Source: Mantamonas sphyraenae STR306 (lineage: Eukaryota > Protista > CRuMs). From it: 64,000 bases of DNA. Under the pieces are notes generated by a model, which saw only the letters and a list, made by a program, of their open reading frames with translations, did not search any database and was not told where the DNA came from. Within the stretch, counting starts at the first letter, position 1. Each line of letters opens with the position of its first letter. The position numbers were made by a program, and so were the translations under genes. The stretch lies in the NCBI GenBank assembly GCA_026936335.1, contig JAPMXV010000003.1:186001-250000 (forward strand), given 5' to 3'. Shown here in pieces: positions 43,212 to 54,932 of the stretch.

Positions 43212-44494
43212 TCATGTGCGTTGGCCATCGCGCTTGTTCTCACGGCCGATGCGTCGCAGGGTCTTTTTGTAGCGGATGATGATGTCGGTGAGGTGGTTGA
43301 TGTAGGTGTTTGTGAGGGAGGTGTGCAGCGGCACGTCCTTCTGCTTGCGAAGGTCGAGGGAACGCAGCTCCTTGATGCGCTTCTCATACATGGAAATAAA
43401 GTCGGCGACCTGCTTTTGGATCTCTGTGGCCATGACCAGGCGCATATGACGCACGTCGGCATCGTTGCGCGCGTCTTCCTCGTCAAACGATGCCACTGCA
43501 CGTTCCAACTCGACAATAAGCGAGTCCAGGGTGTCAAACACGGGCGAAATCACTTCATGGGCAATGTACAGGGGATGGCGTGAGCCCAGGGCACGCTTTG
43601 CGTCGTACGCAAGCTTCTGTTCGCGCTTCAACACCAGCCGGTCGCAATCCACACACACGCGCACCTGTCCCTCCATGTCCTCTGCCGCGTGTGGGTTCAC
43701 CAGCGACTGGGCAAGTGACAGATAATAGTCTGTGCACGTGCCGCAGTACACCAGGCCGCACAGACGACAATGGTGCTTCCGGTTCAGCAGGCCAAACACA
43801 CTGCCACACCCGGGACAGCTCAGTGCCCCACGGTCGTCCTGCCACTTCACCACACTCTGCTCAAATTCCACCTGTTCCGTGTCTGTGCCTCCCAGGTACG
43901 TCCACAGACCCGTGTTCTTTTCCCCCTCGCTGCTGCGCTTCCACGGCGGCCACGACAGCTGACAACGTATGTGTATGTGTGTGTGTGTGTGTGTGGCGTG
44001 AGTGGGATCAAATCCTATCCTTCTCTCTTTCTCTTTCTCCTTCCCTCACTCCTCCACTGTTGTCCGCCTACCTCTCCAAGCCGATCGAGGATTGTATCGG
44101 TGCGCTCCTTCAACACAAACACCGCCGGCTTGCGGTACGCCATAAACAGCTCTGTTCGGTCTCTCCGAACTCCCATTCCCTGTGGGTCTGTGTTGATGGC
44201 CATGCACCCGTCGCACACCTTGCACCACACCCCGTTGGGGTCGATCTTGGCTCGCCGGTTTAGTTTCCGCTCCAGCGAGCAGTGTGCTGTGCAAAAGATC
44301 AGACCGCAGTGTCGACAATGGTGTTTGCGTTCCCAGTACCCAAACTCTGTGTTGCACCCGGGCAGACAGCATTTGGTGGCTTCCTCGTCTGCCATCCAGT
44401 GCGTCCGCAGCACATCTTGCTCACTGTACGGCGGTGCTCCCGATCCATACGACGACGACGACGACGACGACGATGATGTGGATGACGAGGACAT
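43212..44494 (-). CDS. Rabenosyn-5/Vac1/Pep7-like double-FYVE protein (intron ~43959-44071)
   Basis: Two FYVE fingers (RKHHCRHCG; WQDD...RKHHCRLCG) joined by GVRRDRTELF..R and EQSVVKW, as in Pep7/rabenosyn. Confidence 0.82.
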
Positions 44495-44620
44495 GCGATG
44501 TTGTTGGGGTGATTGTTCTTCTGTTGCAATTCGTCCCTCCACCACAGCCCGCCAAGAAAGAAGAAAAAAGTTCTGCTCGACCCTGCGCATGACATTGACA
44601 ACACACACTCCCTCTCTCTT

Positions 44621-46003
44621 TCACCCGCTCACCAGAGCAAACTCCTCAATGACTTGCTGCAGCTCAAAGTCCACCTTTTCGTGGAGGTCCTTCAACGAGG
44701 TGCTGAGGTAGAGAAAGGCCTCTGCGTAGGACAGCAGGCCGCTGCCATCCTTGTCGTAGCGAGCAAAGCGCTTCTGGAAGCGTTCGTCCGCGGATTGGGA
44801 GTTGGGGAAGCGGAGTTTGTGAAAGGCACGCAGTTCGTCATAGCTGAGGTTGCCATCCTCGTCGGTGTCTAGCAAGGGAAACACCTTGCTTGTGACCTTG
44901 TGGCAAACAATCAGGTCCAACAACTCCTCCATGGTCATGTGCTGATCGTTACGTTGGTACACCCAATCGGTGTGGAGCCGTTTGAAGATCGCATCCACCT
45001 GTTTGGGCGACACCTTTTCCTTGCCGCTCTTCTTTGTCGCCGCTGCCCCTCAAAAAGTGGTTTGTTTTGTCCCTTCCGTGTCAGCCCATGGCCCACCCAC
45101 TTCCACCTCAGCCCGCCTTTTCGGGTATAGCACAACCCACGCATGCACACTCACCATTGAACAGCTTCTCCACTTTGCTGCGCATGGCCGAGTACACCTC
45201 GGAGTACCGCGGCATCTTTTGCACCTGCGCTCGTCGCTCCTCTATGGCTTGCCTCTTGTCCACCAGAATGGTGCGCAGTTCGTTTTGCAACTGTTGCTCC
45301 TCTGTCAGCTCTGTGTGTGTGTGTGTGTCGTGTTTCGTGGCCGTGTGTCAGCCGAGCGCTTGGAAAAATCCGGCCGTTTTCGCAGATTCGTCGTCTCGTC
45401 GTCGTGGGTGCCTGTGCACTCAACAGACCGGATTCGCGACAACTTACTCTTGTGCTGTTGCAGCAGCCAGCCCGGCCCATACAACACGCAGTACTCGTTG
45501 AATGTGATTTCGTCCTTTGCCGTCTTCTTGAACAGCTTGAGGTAATACGACACCCGGTTGGCAATCTCCTCGTTCGACGGCTCCACCTCGGGCGGTACTG
45601 TGGACCAAAATGGACCCAGAAGTGAGGGGATGGAAATGTCACATGCCATGTGTACACGTGGGTGGGGTGTTGCGAACGTGTCAGTGTGTCCTCGGCCTTG
45701 TGTGTGTGTGTTTGCGTGTGTGTCACACGCTCAGCACGCACCTTCACACTCGCTGGGGTCACCTCCGCTCTGTTGCCACCCCTTGATGAACGCAGCCTCG
45801 GCCTCATCGTACAATACGTTGTACACAATGTCCTCAAACTCTGCGTAGTCGATGGTGCCGCTTCCGTCGTTGTCAAACGCGGCAAAGCCCGAGTGCAGCG
45901 TGCTCAGCTGGGTCTTGCTCAGCACATTGGCAGGCTCCTCCAGAATGTCCGCCTCCAGCTCCAGTTTCAACTTGTCATAATCCATCCCATCACTCGTCGA
46001 CAT
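44621..46003 (-). CDS. EF-hand calcium-binding protein (about 4 exons)
   Basis: EF loops DNDGSGTIDYAE, DTDEDGNLSYDE and DKDGSGLLSYAE in successive exons. Confidence 0.8.
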
Positions 46004-46221
46004 GGCTGCGTGCGTGTTTCCCTGACGCCAAGTGCCAGTGCCGTTTTGGTTTGCATACAACGCGCACACACACCAGCAGCAGCACAATGCGTGTGCGCAG
46101 GTGGTTGTCCATGGACATCATTCTCCCACGATGACATGTCTTTGCCAGGGCCGCTTGTCATCATCATCCGTTCTTGGCCGATCGTCGTCTGCCGACCCAC
46201 CGCATCTCTTCTCACTTCAGA

Positions 46222-47031
46222 ATGCAGCACCAGCAGCAGCGTGCGCTGATTCTCCTTGTGTGCACCGTGGCATTGGCCATGGCCTGCACGGTGGACAACG
46301 ACTGCTATTCGGACAGCACGACGACTCCGTACTGCGTGCAGACCAGCAACAACTCGCCCCCGTCGTACGACTGCCGTGCCTGCCGCACCGACTGTGACTG
46401 CTCGCCCGGTCAGTTCTGTGTCACCGACGTCACCAAGTCCACCATGGGATCTTGTCAGTCCATCGACTCCATGGCCAAGCGACTGGGCAAACCCTGCACA
46501 GACGTCCAAAACCCCATCCTCGGCACCAACGACAAGTCCTTCTGTGGCTACGTCAGCAGCTACAACAACAACACAAAGAACCCGGAACCGTACGGCAAGC
46601 AGTGGACCGGCGCCTGCATCGATGGCGCCTGCCAGGCTTGCTACAACGGTGACACCAAGTGTGGCAGCCGCCATGGCTGGATCTGCATTCAACATCAGTG
46701 GACCAGCTCCTGGCAGAATGACTTTACCGCACGCACTCTCAAGGGCAACGTCATCGGCCAGAGCGCGACCGCGCTCCTCGTGTTTTTCGTCTTTGTCTTC
46801 CTCGAATTTCACGCCGTCCTGATCTACCGTCACTGTTCCTCCAACCCGGATGCCTACTCCAGCATGACCGAACCCATCATCCGCACATGGCACCAATCCA
46901 TCGGCGACCATCACCACGGTTACGAGCAGGCTCCTCCTGCCCATGGCAGCGGCAACCACAACGGCAACCAAGGCTCAGGAGCCACGGCCCCGCTCAAGTC
47001 AGGTTCTAGCAACTACGGCGCCACCCCGTAA
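46222..47031 (+). CDS. Cys-rich type I membrane protein
   Basis: Signal peptide, Cys-rich ectodomain, TM helix ALLVFFVFVFLEFHAVLIY, short cytoplasmic tail. Confidence 0.8.
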   Translation: MQHQQQRALILLVCTVALAMACTVDNDCYSDSTTTPYCVQTSNNSPPSYDCRACRTDCDCSPGQFCVTDVTKSTMGSCQSIDSMAKRLGKPCTDVQNPILGTNDKSFCGYVSSYNNNTKNPEPYGKQWTGACIDGACQACYNGDTKCGSRHGWICIQHQWTSSWQNDFTARTLKGNVIGQSATALLVFFVFVFLEFHAVLIYRHCSSNPDAYSSMTEPIIRTWHQSIGDHHHGYEQAPPAHGSGNHNGNQGSGATAPLKSGSSNYGATP

Positions 47032-47295
47032 CGACTACCCCCGTTCCAAGCGCACATCGCATCTCTTCATGCGCTTGCTATGCTCAGAAAGGGCGTAGAA
47101 GAAGCGCAACGAGCCCGTTTGCGTGGATTCGCTGCGCACGAGATCCTGCAATTCCCGTCGTCATCATTTCCCCCCGCCCGCACGATCCCATACGAGCTGC
47201 AATCAAGACGAAAATAAATGGATACAGGAGACACATACTCTCTCGCTCAGTGTGTGATGGACAGAAATCAGAAATGAGAAATCCACTCCATTCGT

Positions 47296-50200
47296 TCAGT
47301 TGAAGGCACCGGCCACTGTGAAAACAAACTGCAGCACGTAGCCGATGATGACGATGCAGACGATGGCAATGATGTACTTGATGCTCTTCTTACCGTAATA
47401 GGCAATGAGAAGATCCATGCGCATGGGGTTGATCGAATCGGGCGGACGGTTGGGCGGCTCGAGTTTGGGCGAGTTGTTGGGTTCCTGCAGGCCAAAGCCC
47501 ACGGGGTCACCCACAGCCTCGTCCTCAGGCAGCATGTACATGTCGTAGCGCACCTTGGCGGTGTGGCCGTCGCGCTTGTTGGGGTGGGTCAACAGCCACG
47601 TGCCCTTCTTGGCAATGTCCACCCGCCGGCGTGTCTTGCGCGCCTTCTTGAAGTGCTTGCGCAAGTCCACAATCAGCTCGCCAATGTTGTCACTGGCTCC
47701 GATGTAGTCCTTGTCCCACACCTGCACCTTGAGGCGTGGCAGCTCGTGCGGCAACTCCACGGGAAACACCATGCGCCAGTTGAACAGCGCCTCCTTCTTG
47801 GCCTTCCAATGTACATCTGTGCTCTGTGCCTTGTCGTCGTCATCTCGCTGGAACTTCACCGTCACGTAGACATCGCTGGAGCCCTGGATGGGGTCCATGA
47901 TGGAAAACTCCTTCACGTCCCAGATCACAAGGCGCAGCTCGTACACCACAGGCTTGGGAGGCTCGATGCGTACCACAGGTACCTTGCCGGCCTCTGAACG
48001 CTTCACCACGTCCACCCACATGTCAATCTCGCCCTGCGGCGCAAGCGAGGTCGGTGCGTACAGACCGCGGATCTCACGCGGCTTCTTGTCCAGATCCAGC
48101 CATTCGGTGTTGAACACTCGGTCTTCCAGGTCGATGACAGTGCCTCCAATGAGGTCGTTTGCCCCCAGCTGGTCCCAGTCCCACACATTGACTTCCAGCC
48201 TGTTGTTGCCTGGAATCGTCGCCTCCACCTCGTACATCTTGTACACCTGCGGGTTGGGGTTGTCCAGGAAGTAGTTGTCCGAGTCATAGATGCACTGGTT
48301 TGCCTTGTCGCCCACCTTGACCTCGATGAACGGGTCTGACGGCGAGTCGGCGTCCATCTGCTTCAGCTTCATGCACCGCACCACATACACACGCACCTTG
48401 TACACCTCCGGTCGAAACACCTTTTTCAGGTCCACTTTGGGTCCGCCTGCCTGTCCACGCACCTGCAGCCTAAAGTTGCCCTTGAACACGCCCACCTTTT
48501 TGCGCTTGCCCAGCCCCAGAGCCTTTTCTGTTGACGAAAGGCCGTGTGTTTGGCCTCGGAACAGGTCATACACGTGGAACGGCCTGCGTGTAAACGACTG
48601 CTCCAGTTCATGCTGCAGCTTGACCCTATTCTCCACGGGATCGCTCGGATCGATGTACTCGGCCTCCTCGTCCTCGGCCTCCTCTTCAATCTCTGGCAGT
48701 GTCTTGCCGTCCACGGGCTCGCCATCCACAACCGCTGCCGCCGGTGCTCCGTTCACCTGGTTTGCCTGAGCCTTTGCGGCATCCGATGTGTCCTGCGTGG
48801 CTGCCGCGGCAGCTGCGTTTGCATCCACCGCCATCCCTGCCTGTCCTGCCACCGCTGCATTTGTGTTGCCTTCCTGCTGGCTGCTGGCCCCTTGGTCGGC
48901 AGCCCCTGTGCCGGCAGCCTCGGCCTCGCCTTCATCCTCTGCAGGCATGTCGATTGCCACCTCGTCGCCGGTTCCTTCAACGCCGTCATCCTCGCCATCC
49001 TCGCCGCCTTCCTCCTTGTTCATCTCGTCAATCACCTCGATCACCTCTTCCACAATCTCTTCCACAGGCACTTCTTCGGCCTCGTCTGCATTGTTGCCGT
49101 TGTTGGTTGTGGATTCCCCGTTGACGGTGGCCACAAACTCGGGATCGGGTTCCTCGTCCTCGTGTGGCTCTTCTTCCTCCTCTTCCAACTCCTCGTCGTC
49201 TTCCTCCACCACCTCCTCCACAATCTCTTCCACCACTTCCTCGGCCTCGTCCTCGTCCTCGGCCAGCTCCTCAGGGTCGACTTCCTCCTCCTCCTCCTCC
49301 ACAATGACCTCGACGATTTCCTCAGTCACCTCTGCCTCTGTCACTGTCTCCTGCACAGCCACCGTGTTGCCCTCCTCATCCTCCACTTCCTCTTCGACCA
49401 CTTCGACCACCTCCTCCACCTCCTGCACCACCACCTCGCCATCCGCCACCTCCTTCTCCGTCACCTCTTCATCCTCGTACTCGTCCAGCTCCACCTCGAC
49501 CTCCTCGACCTCTTCGTCTTCCTCCAGGTCCTCCACGTCGTCGTCGCTGTGGGCACTTACGCCGTCGTTCATGTCCGTATCCATGTCGATGCTGGAGAAA
49601 CTCATGTCCTCCAGCGCCTGCAGGTTGTCCAGGTCCACCTCATTGCCATCGTCAAAGTAGTGTGCGGGCAGTGCAAAGTCCAACGGGTCTGCGTAGATGT
49701 CCCGTGCCGTGCGTGTGTCGTCGTCCGAGTCGGAGCCGTCGTCGGACGCAGCTCCGCGTGCGCCCCTGTTCGGTTTGCCGTCGTCGTCTTCCAGCTCATC
49801 GTCCGACGCAACCTCTTCCACATAGTTTTCTGCGTCGACCCAGCTCATAAAATGGAGCATGGGGATGGAGGTGCTGCCTGCCTTGGGCTTCACGAGGCCG
49901 CCCAAGCGGCTGTCGTACACGGTGACGTTGATGGTGGGTGCATACAGAGGGTCCTCCGGGATCATGCACGGGATTTCCAGCGTCTCGAGGAAGTTGGGGT
50001 TGCTTGGGTTTGGCAGCTTGCTGGGTTTGGTGGCCACAAAGCCGTCCGCTGTGCGGTCGCACAGGTCAAACTCCATGTACGGCTGCTGGCAGGGAAGCAT
50101 CTGCACGGGCTCCATGCCACGCAGGCCGATGCACTGGATCTGAAAGGTGCACTCCTTGTACGACGGGTGGATGCTTTCGGGCACGGGGTACAGCGTGGCC

Positions 50201-52609
50201 TTGCTCTCCGGAAACACCTGAAAGGCCACGAGAATGGAACCGACGGTGTCGCTTTTGTTCTCCATGTGCAACGAGCGCCACTTTGGGCGCTCGGGTGCCT
50301 TTTCCGTGGCCTTGCGCATGGGGAAGAAGCACCAGCCCAGGACGTCGTCCTTGCCAAACTGGTCCCAATCGTAGAGCATGATGTTGATGTCCGGGGCGTA
50401 GGCCAGGTTGTCGGGCAGCTCCACTTCCATGTCCATGACCTGGTACCATTGCGGAAACAGGGTCTTTTCCACCACCTCACTCTTGACCTTCTGGCCCGCC
50501 AGACGCACCACGACGTAGGGATCGCTGGTGCCACCCGCATCGGCCCCAGGCAGGTCGCGTGCCTGGTACAGATACGTGCGCACAATGTACTTGGCGGTGG
50601 ACGGCACATCGATCTCGGGTCGCTTGGATGGATCGGGCAAGTCTCTCTTCAGGCCAAACGTCATGCGGTACTGGAGGAAGCCCGGGATGGCGCCATCCTT
50701 GAAGCCCGGCGAGGCTTTGTCGGCCCACAGCATCTGCCAGCGGGGCATCTTTGCGTAGCTGTAGCGCATGACCTCCTCGGGCTTGATGCGCAAGTAGCCG
50801 ATGCGCACGTCCTCCTTGGTCTTCTTCTTGGCATACAGGTTGATAAAGATGTCCGGCACCTGGTCAAACTCATCGGGATAGGCCAGCAGGAGGAGACTCT
50901 TGAGGGGTTGGTACCACTCGGCACGTCCGTGTTCGGCCTTGATCACGGTCGAGGTCAGCACGTCGGGTCCCATGCTCACCGTCAGGTAGATCTTGTCGTT
51001 GTAGTCGGACCAGCAATCGACAATCTGGTAGAGGTCAAAGTGGAGCTGGTAGATGTCGTTGCGTGGCTCCTCGGCCACTGTTTTTGCCTCGCCACGCGAG
51101 TACTCGGGCTCGCCCACGGGGGATTCGCTCAACTTGAGGAGAACACGACCACACCAGGCACTGGGGTCGACGGAACCGGACAGCATGGCCTTGTGTTGCT
51201 TGCTGTTGCTCTTGCTGGTGGGACTGCCGTACAGGTTGACCCAGCGCGGGATGTCCCAGCGGTGGGCTTTGACGTCGCGGTAGGAAAACTCCAGGTTGCA
51301 CACGTGCTCGTCCTTCGGAGTGTCTTCGTCCCACAGCTGCACGGAAATGGAGTCACGCATGATGGGTTCGTACAAGGGAATGTTCACCTCCTGGTTGATG
51401 GTGGGGTTGAGGTCGTTTTTGACCGTCTCTGTGCGCGGCGTCTCCTCACCGTCGTTGCCAAACAGGATCTTGAAGTATGCATCAATGGCACCCCCAGCTG
51501 CAGTGTCACACAGGATGGCCATCACACGTACACACCGGCGCAGGTGGGTGTCAGTCGGTGGCGACGCTGTGGGCTCGATCGCGGGGCCGTGAAAGGGCAT
51601 CGGGAGGGCCGGATCCTGGACACGCGGATTGGCCGCCTGCACCACAAGGCTGTACGCAGGCTGCATGGGGCACGAAAAGGCCTGGGGAATATGGCCATGG
51701 CATGTGTGCAGCCAAGGTGACAGGGAGGGAGAGAGAGAGGGAAATTGGACACGGAGAGGAGGGAGGGAGGAACACGAGGCGAGAGAGAGAGGAAAGGGCA
51801 AAACTCACTCAATCCCTGGTCCATGACGGGCAGGTTCTCGGCCTTGAAAAACTCCACGGTGAGGAGATGGCCCTCCTGTCCAAGCTCCGGGTTGACAAGG
51901 ACGACCTTTTCGGTGGGGATGTCGCTGTCCTTGTGTTTGGGCGGTTCTTTGCCCGGCGGGATGACGGTGATGCTGAAGTTGAGCATGCCTTGGACGCCGT
52001 CGAATTCCGGGTGCATCAGGGGTGCCCACACGTAGTACACCTCATGGTCATCCTGTTCCAACACATACGACACATCCACAGAAAACTCGCCTGTGCAGTG
52101 GGTGTGTGGCGCACAGAAGAGGGTCAGAAGAGAAGCGCGGTTGACACGCAAAATCCGAAAAGTCGCAGGCTCACACAGAAAAACCCAGGCAGACGGGCTC
52201 CACAAGCACACGGGCACACACAAATGGCACACAAGAGACGGCGCAGGGAAGGCAGAAGCAGAATGCAAAGGACAGCACAGGTGGAGAGAGACACACAGAC
52301 GCATGGAGACGTACCAATGAGCTCGTTCTTGAGGAGCTTGTTTGCGTCGTAGACGGCGAGACGGATTGACTCGCCCATGAGGTTGCGCTCGGTGCCTTTG
52401 TATTCAAAGTACATGAGGTGGTCCCAATAGGCGTTGAAGGTGCGCTCCTCAATGGGACCACTCTGCTTCTGGCCAAACATCTCCACAATGGGCACGGGAT
52501 CCGACGTGCCCGAGTCATCCTTGGCCTGCAGATCCTGTGCCTCAATCACATGCACTCGGATCTGGTATTGGTTGCCCGACGCTGTCTTTTTCTTGAACAG
52601 CGACGACAT
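47296..52609 (-). CDS. Ferlin family multi-C2 tail-anchored protein (3 exons)
   Basis: Several C2 domains (YQIRVHVIEAQDL; YLYQARDL..D.GGTSDPY; VRVYVVR..L; YELRLVIWD..TDVHW..FNWRMVF), PVGFGLQEPNNSPKLEPPNRP and a C-terminal TM. Confidence 0.92.
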
Positions 52610-52764
52610 GGTGTTTTTGTGCAAAAGGCGGGCTGGCAGAGCGGGCGCAGGCAACCTTCATTGAGGTTTCGTTTCATTGGAAGCGTTGTTCGGGATGCAG
52701 GGAGAAGAGAGGAGGAGGGTGAGACAGTGGGACAGTGGGACAGTGGGAATGTGTGTGAGTTGTG

Positions 52765-53441
52765 TCACGCTTCGTTGAGGCTGGCGAGCAGCTTGTTCTG
52801 CTTGTTGGCCGCGCGTGTGGCTGCAGAGGAGGACACTTCTGCATCGATGCGTTCCACCATGTCCTCGATGTCTGCTTTGTACATTTGTTCCTGCTCGGCG
52901 TGCTCTTCCAGCTCATCCTGCAGCACGCGTGCCCGGTCGCTCATCAGCTGCGTTGCTTCGACCGCTGTCAGCCCAAACGCAAGGTTCTGTGTGTGTGTGT
53001 GTGTGTGTGTGTGGTATCATGATGAGAAAGAGGAGCGCGATGTGAGAACAAACCAAGAGGGTATCCACGAAGCATCGGGAAACCGGGAGGGGCATGTGAG
53101 GCTGGAGCACGCACGTCGTCCAGGGTGATCAGCGCGCCATCGTTGCGCTCCTCCAAGTGTGCACTGATCTGCTCCTCAACCTCCTCTTTGAGCATCCGCC
53201 GTTGTTCCACAAAGGCATCGTACAGCGTTCGCATCTGCGGATGGTGTCTGTGCAGTGTGTGCATACGTGTGTGTGGCACGTGTGTGTGAGCAGACGGCCG
53301 GCGCCACACGCTCTCGGAGCGCTCAACACACCGGAAGGACTCGTCAAAGAAGGCCAGAAAGGAGTCAAAGTCCATAATGTCGATGGTAGAGTCTGTCAGC
53401 GTGTTGCTGATGGCCTCTACATCTGCATCACGGTTGGACAT
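52765..53441 (-). CDS. Putative Cnl2/Nkp2-like inner kinetochore protein (3 exons)
   Basis: Spliced product MSNRDADVEAISNTLTDSTIDIMDFDSFLAFFDESFRHHPQMRTLYDAFVEQRRMLKEEVEEQI followed by a coiled coil; resembles the Nkp2 N-terminal pattern as recalled. Confidence 0.6.
52988..53013. repeat. (TG)n microsatellite abutting an intron acceptor on the minus strand
   Basis: Reads ...cacacacacag|AAC on the coding strand. Confidence 0.9.
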
Positions 53442-53612
53442 GGCGTGTTTCGTTGACGCACCGGGCGCAGGTGGTCTGTTCATTCACAGCACACGCACTT
53501 CACCACACACATCCGAACAGGGCAACCCTGTGGACATGGAGCGTAGAGGAAGACTGCGTTGGAGGTGACAACAAAAGGCGTGCTGCGTTGGGACAACCAA
53601 CCTTTCCCCAGC

Positions 53613-54833
53613 ATGGCTTTCGGTCTCGACCTGGATCACCTGGACGATGACGACATTCCAGTGTTGAGAACAGTGGTGCTGGTGGCTGCGGCCATGTCCA
53701 TGTGTGGGGGTCTTTTCATTGTGACTTCGTACCTGTTGTTTCGCAGGACACGGGATTTCTCCATGAAGGTGCGTGTGGGCCGAATGTCCCCCCGTTTCAC
53801 ATGCGTCGTGGCGAGTGGCACCTGTGACCTCCTGTGTGGCCCGTGTGCTTGTTCTGGCTCTGCAATACTGACCATTGGGTTTTCACGTGTGGGCAAACCC
53901 GGGGGGCGACCACAGGTCATTCTCTACTTGACAACATGCGACTTGGGCGTGTCTGTGACCTTTCTGCTTTCGCTGAAGTCACCAGTCCTGGACAAAACCA
54001 CATGTTACGTGCAGTCGGTGATGTTGCAGGTGAGTGGAGGCGGTGTGGGGTGGGTGGAGACAAAGCCGGAGAGGAGAGGGCCTAACGCAAACCCGCCGCA
54101 GTTTTTCCTCGTGGCAGGCTTCTTCTGGACTGCGTTCATTGCACATACCCTGCACACCATTGTCACCAAACCCAATTTCGACGTATCGCGCAACGAAAAG
54201 TGGTACCATGCAACGGCGTGGCCTGTGAGTGCGCTGATTTGCGTGTTGCTGGCGGCGGAAGATGCCTTTGGCCCCACGCCACTGTGGTGCTGGCTCAAGG
54301 GGGACCGGAGCTACTACCGCTTCTTCTGCTTCTATCTCATTCTCATTGTGATCTTTGTGTTCAACGCAGTCACGTATCTGCGCGTGGTTGCCTCCATCAA
54401 GCGCACCATGGAAACGCTGCGCACGTCACGGCTGACAAGCTCACAGATAAGTGCCGACGAGTGGTCCAACACATCCGATCAGGTGTCACGGCATGTGTCA
54501 CGCTACATGATGGTCTTTGGTATTTGCTGGTTGTTTGCGCTGATCAATCGCGTGCAAAACTGGATCGCCCCGCACGACCCGCTCTTTGTGCTCTATTTTA
54601 TGCACTCGCTCCTCTCGCCCCTTCAGGCCTTCCTCAACTGCCTTGTATATGGTTTCAACAAGAAGATCCGTCTGCAGTGGGCCATGCAGCTGCGCCGCTG
54701 GCAGACAAAGCTGTTTGGCGGTGTCGACACAGGCGCCTCCCAGCTCATGCACATGCGAGACGACGACCAATGGTTTTCCGACGAAGACGACAGTGAAATG
54801 GCTGGCCGGCCATCGTACCGACGCATGGGGTGA
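53613..54833 (+). CDS. cAMP-receptor-like (Dictyostelium CAR / GCR1 family) 7TM GPCR, 2 introns
   Basis: SMCGGLFIVTSY, ILYLTTCDL, CYVQ..LQFF.VA.FFWT..IA, WCWL, LINRVQN, PLQAFLNCLVYG. Confidence 0.9.
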   Translation: MAFGLDLDHLDDDDIPVLRTVVLVAAAMSMCGGLFIVTSYLLFRRTRDFSMKVRVGRMSPRFTCVVASGTCDLLCGPCACSGSAILTIGFSRVGKPGGRPQVILYLTTCDLGVSVTFLLSLKSPVLDKTTCYVQSVMLQVSGGGVGWVETKPERRGPNANPPQFFLVAGFFWTAFIAHTLHTIVTKPNFDVSRNEKWYHATAWPVSALICVLLAAEDAFGPTPLWCWLKGDRSYYRFFCFYLILIVIFVFNAVTYLRVVASIKRTMETLRTSRLTSSQISADEWSNTSDQVSRHVSRYMMVFGICWLFALINRVQNWIAPHDPLFVLYFMHSLLSPLQAFLNCLVYGFNKKIRLQWAMQLRRWQTKLFGGVDTGASQLMHMRDDDQWFSDEDDSEMAGRPSYRRMG

Positions 54834-54932
54834 GCAAAGAGGGAGAGAGAGGGAGAAATACGCTGCTGGCAGAGCAAAAAACGGGCCTGCCAGACTGATT
54901 GAATTGATTGAATTGCTGCATTCCAAACACAC

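Noticed and set aside
52723-52747. (GACAGTGG)x3 as a regulatory element upstream of ferlin
   Set aside because: Short slippage-type repeat not noticed elsewhere in the window; no support for function.
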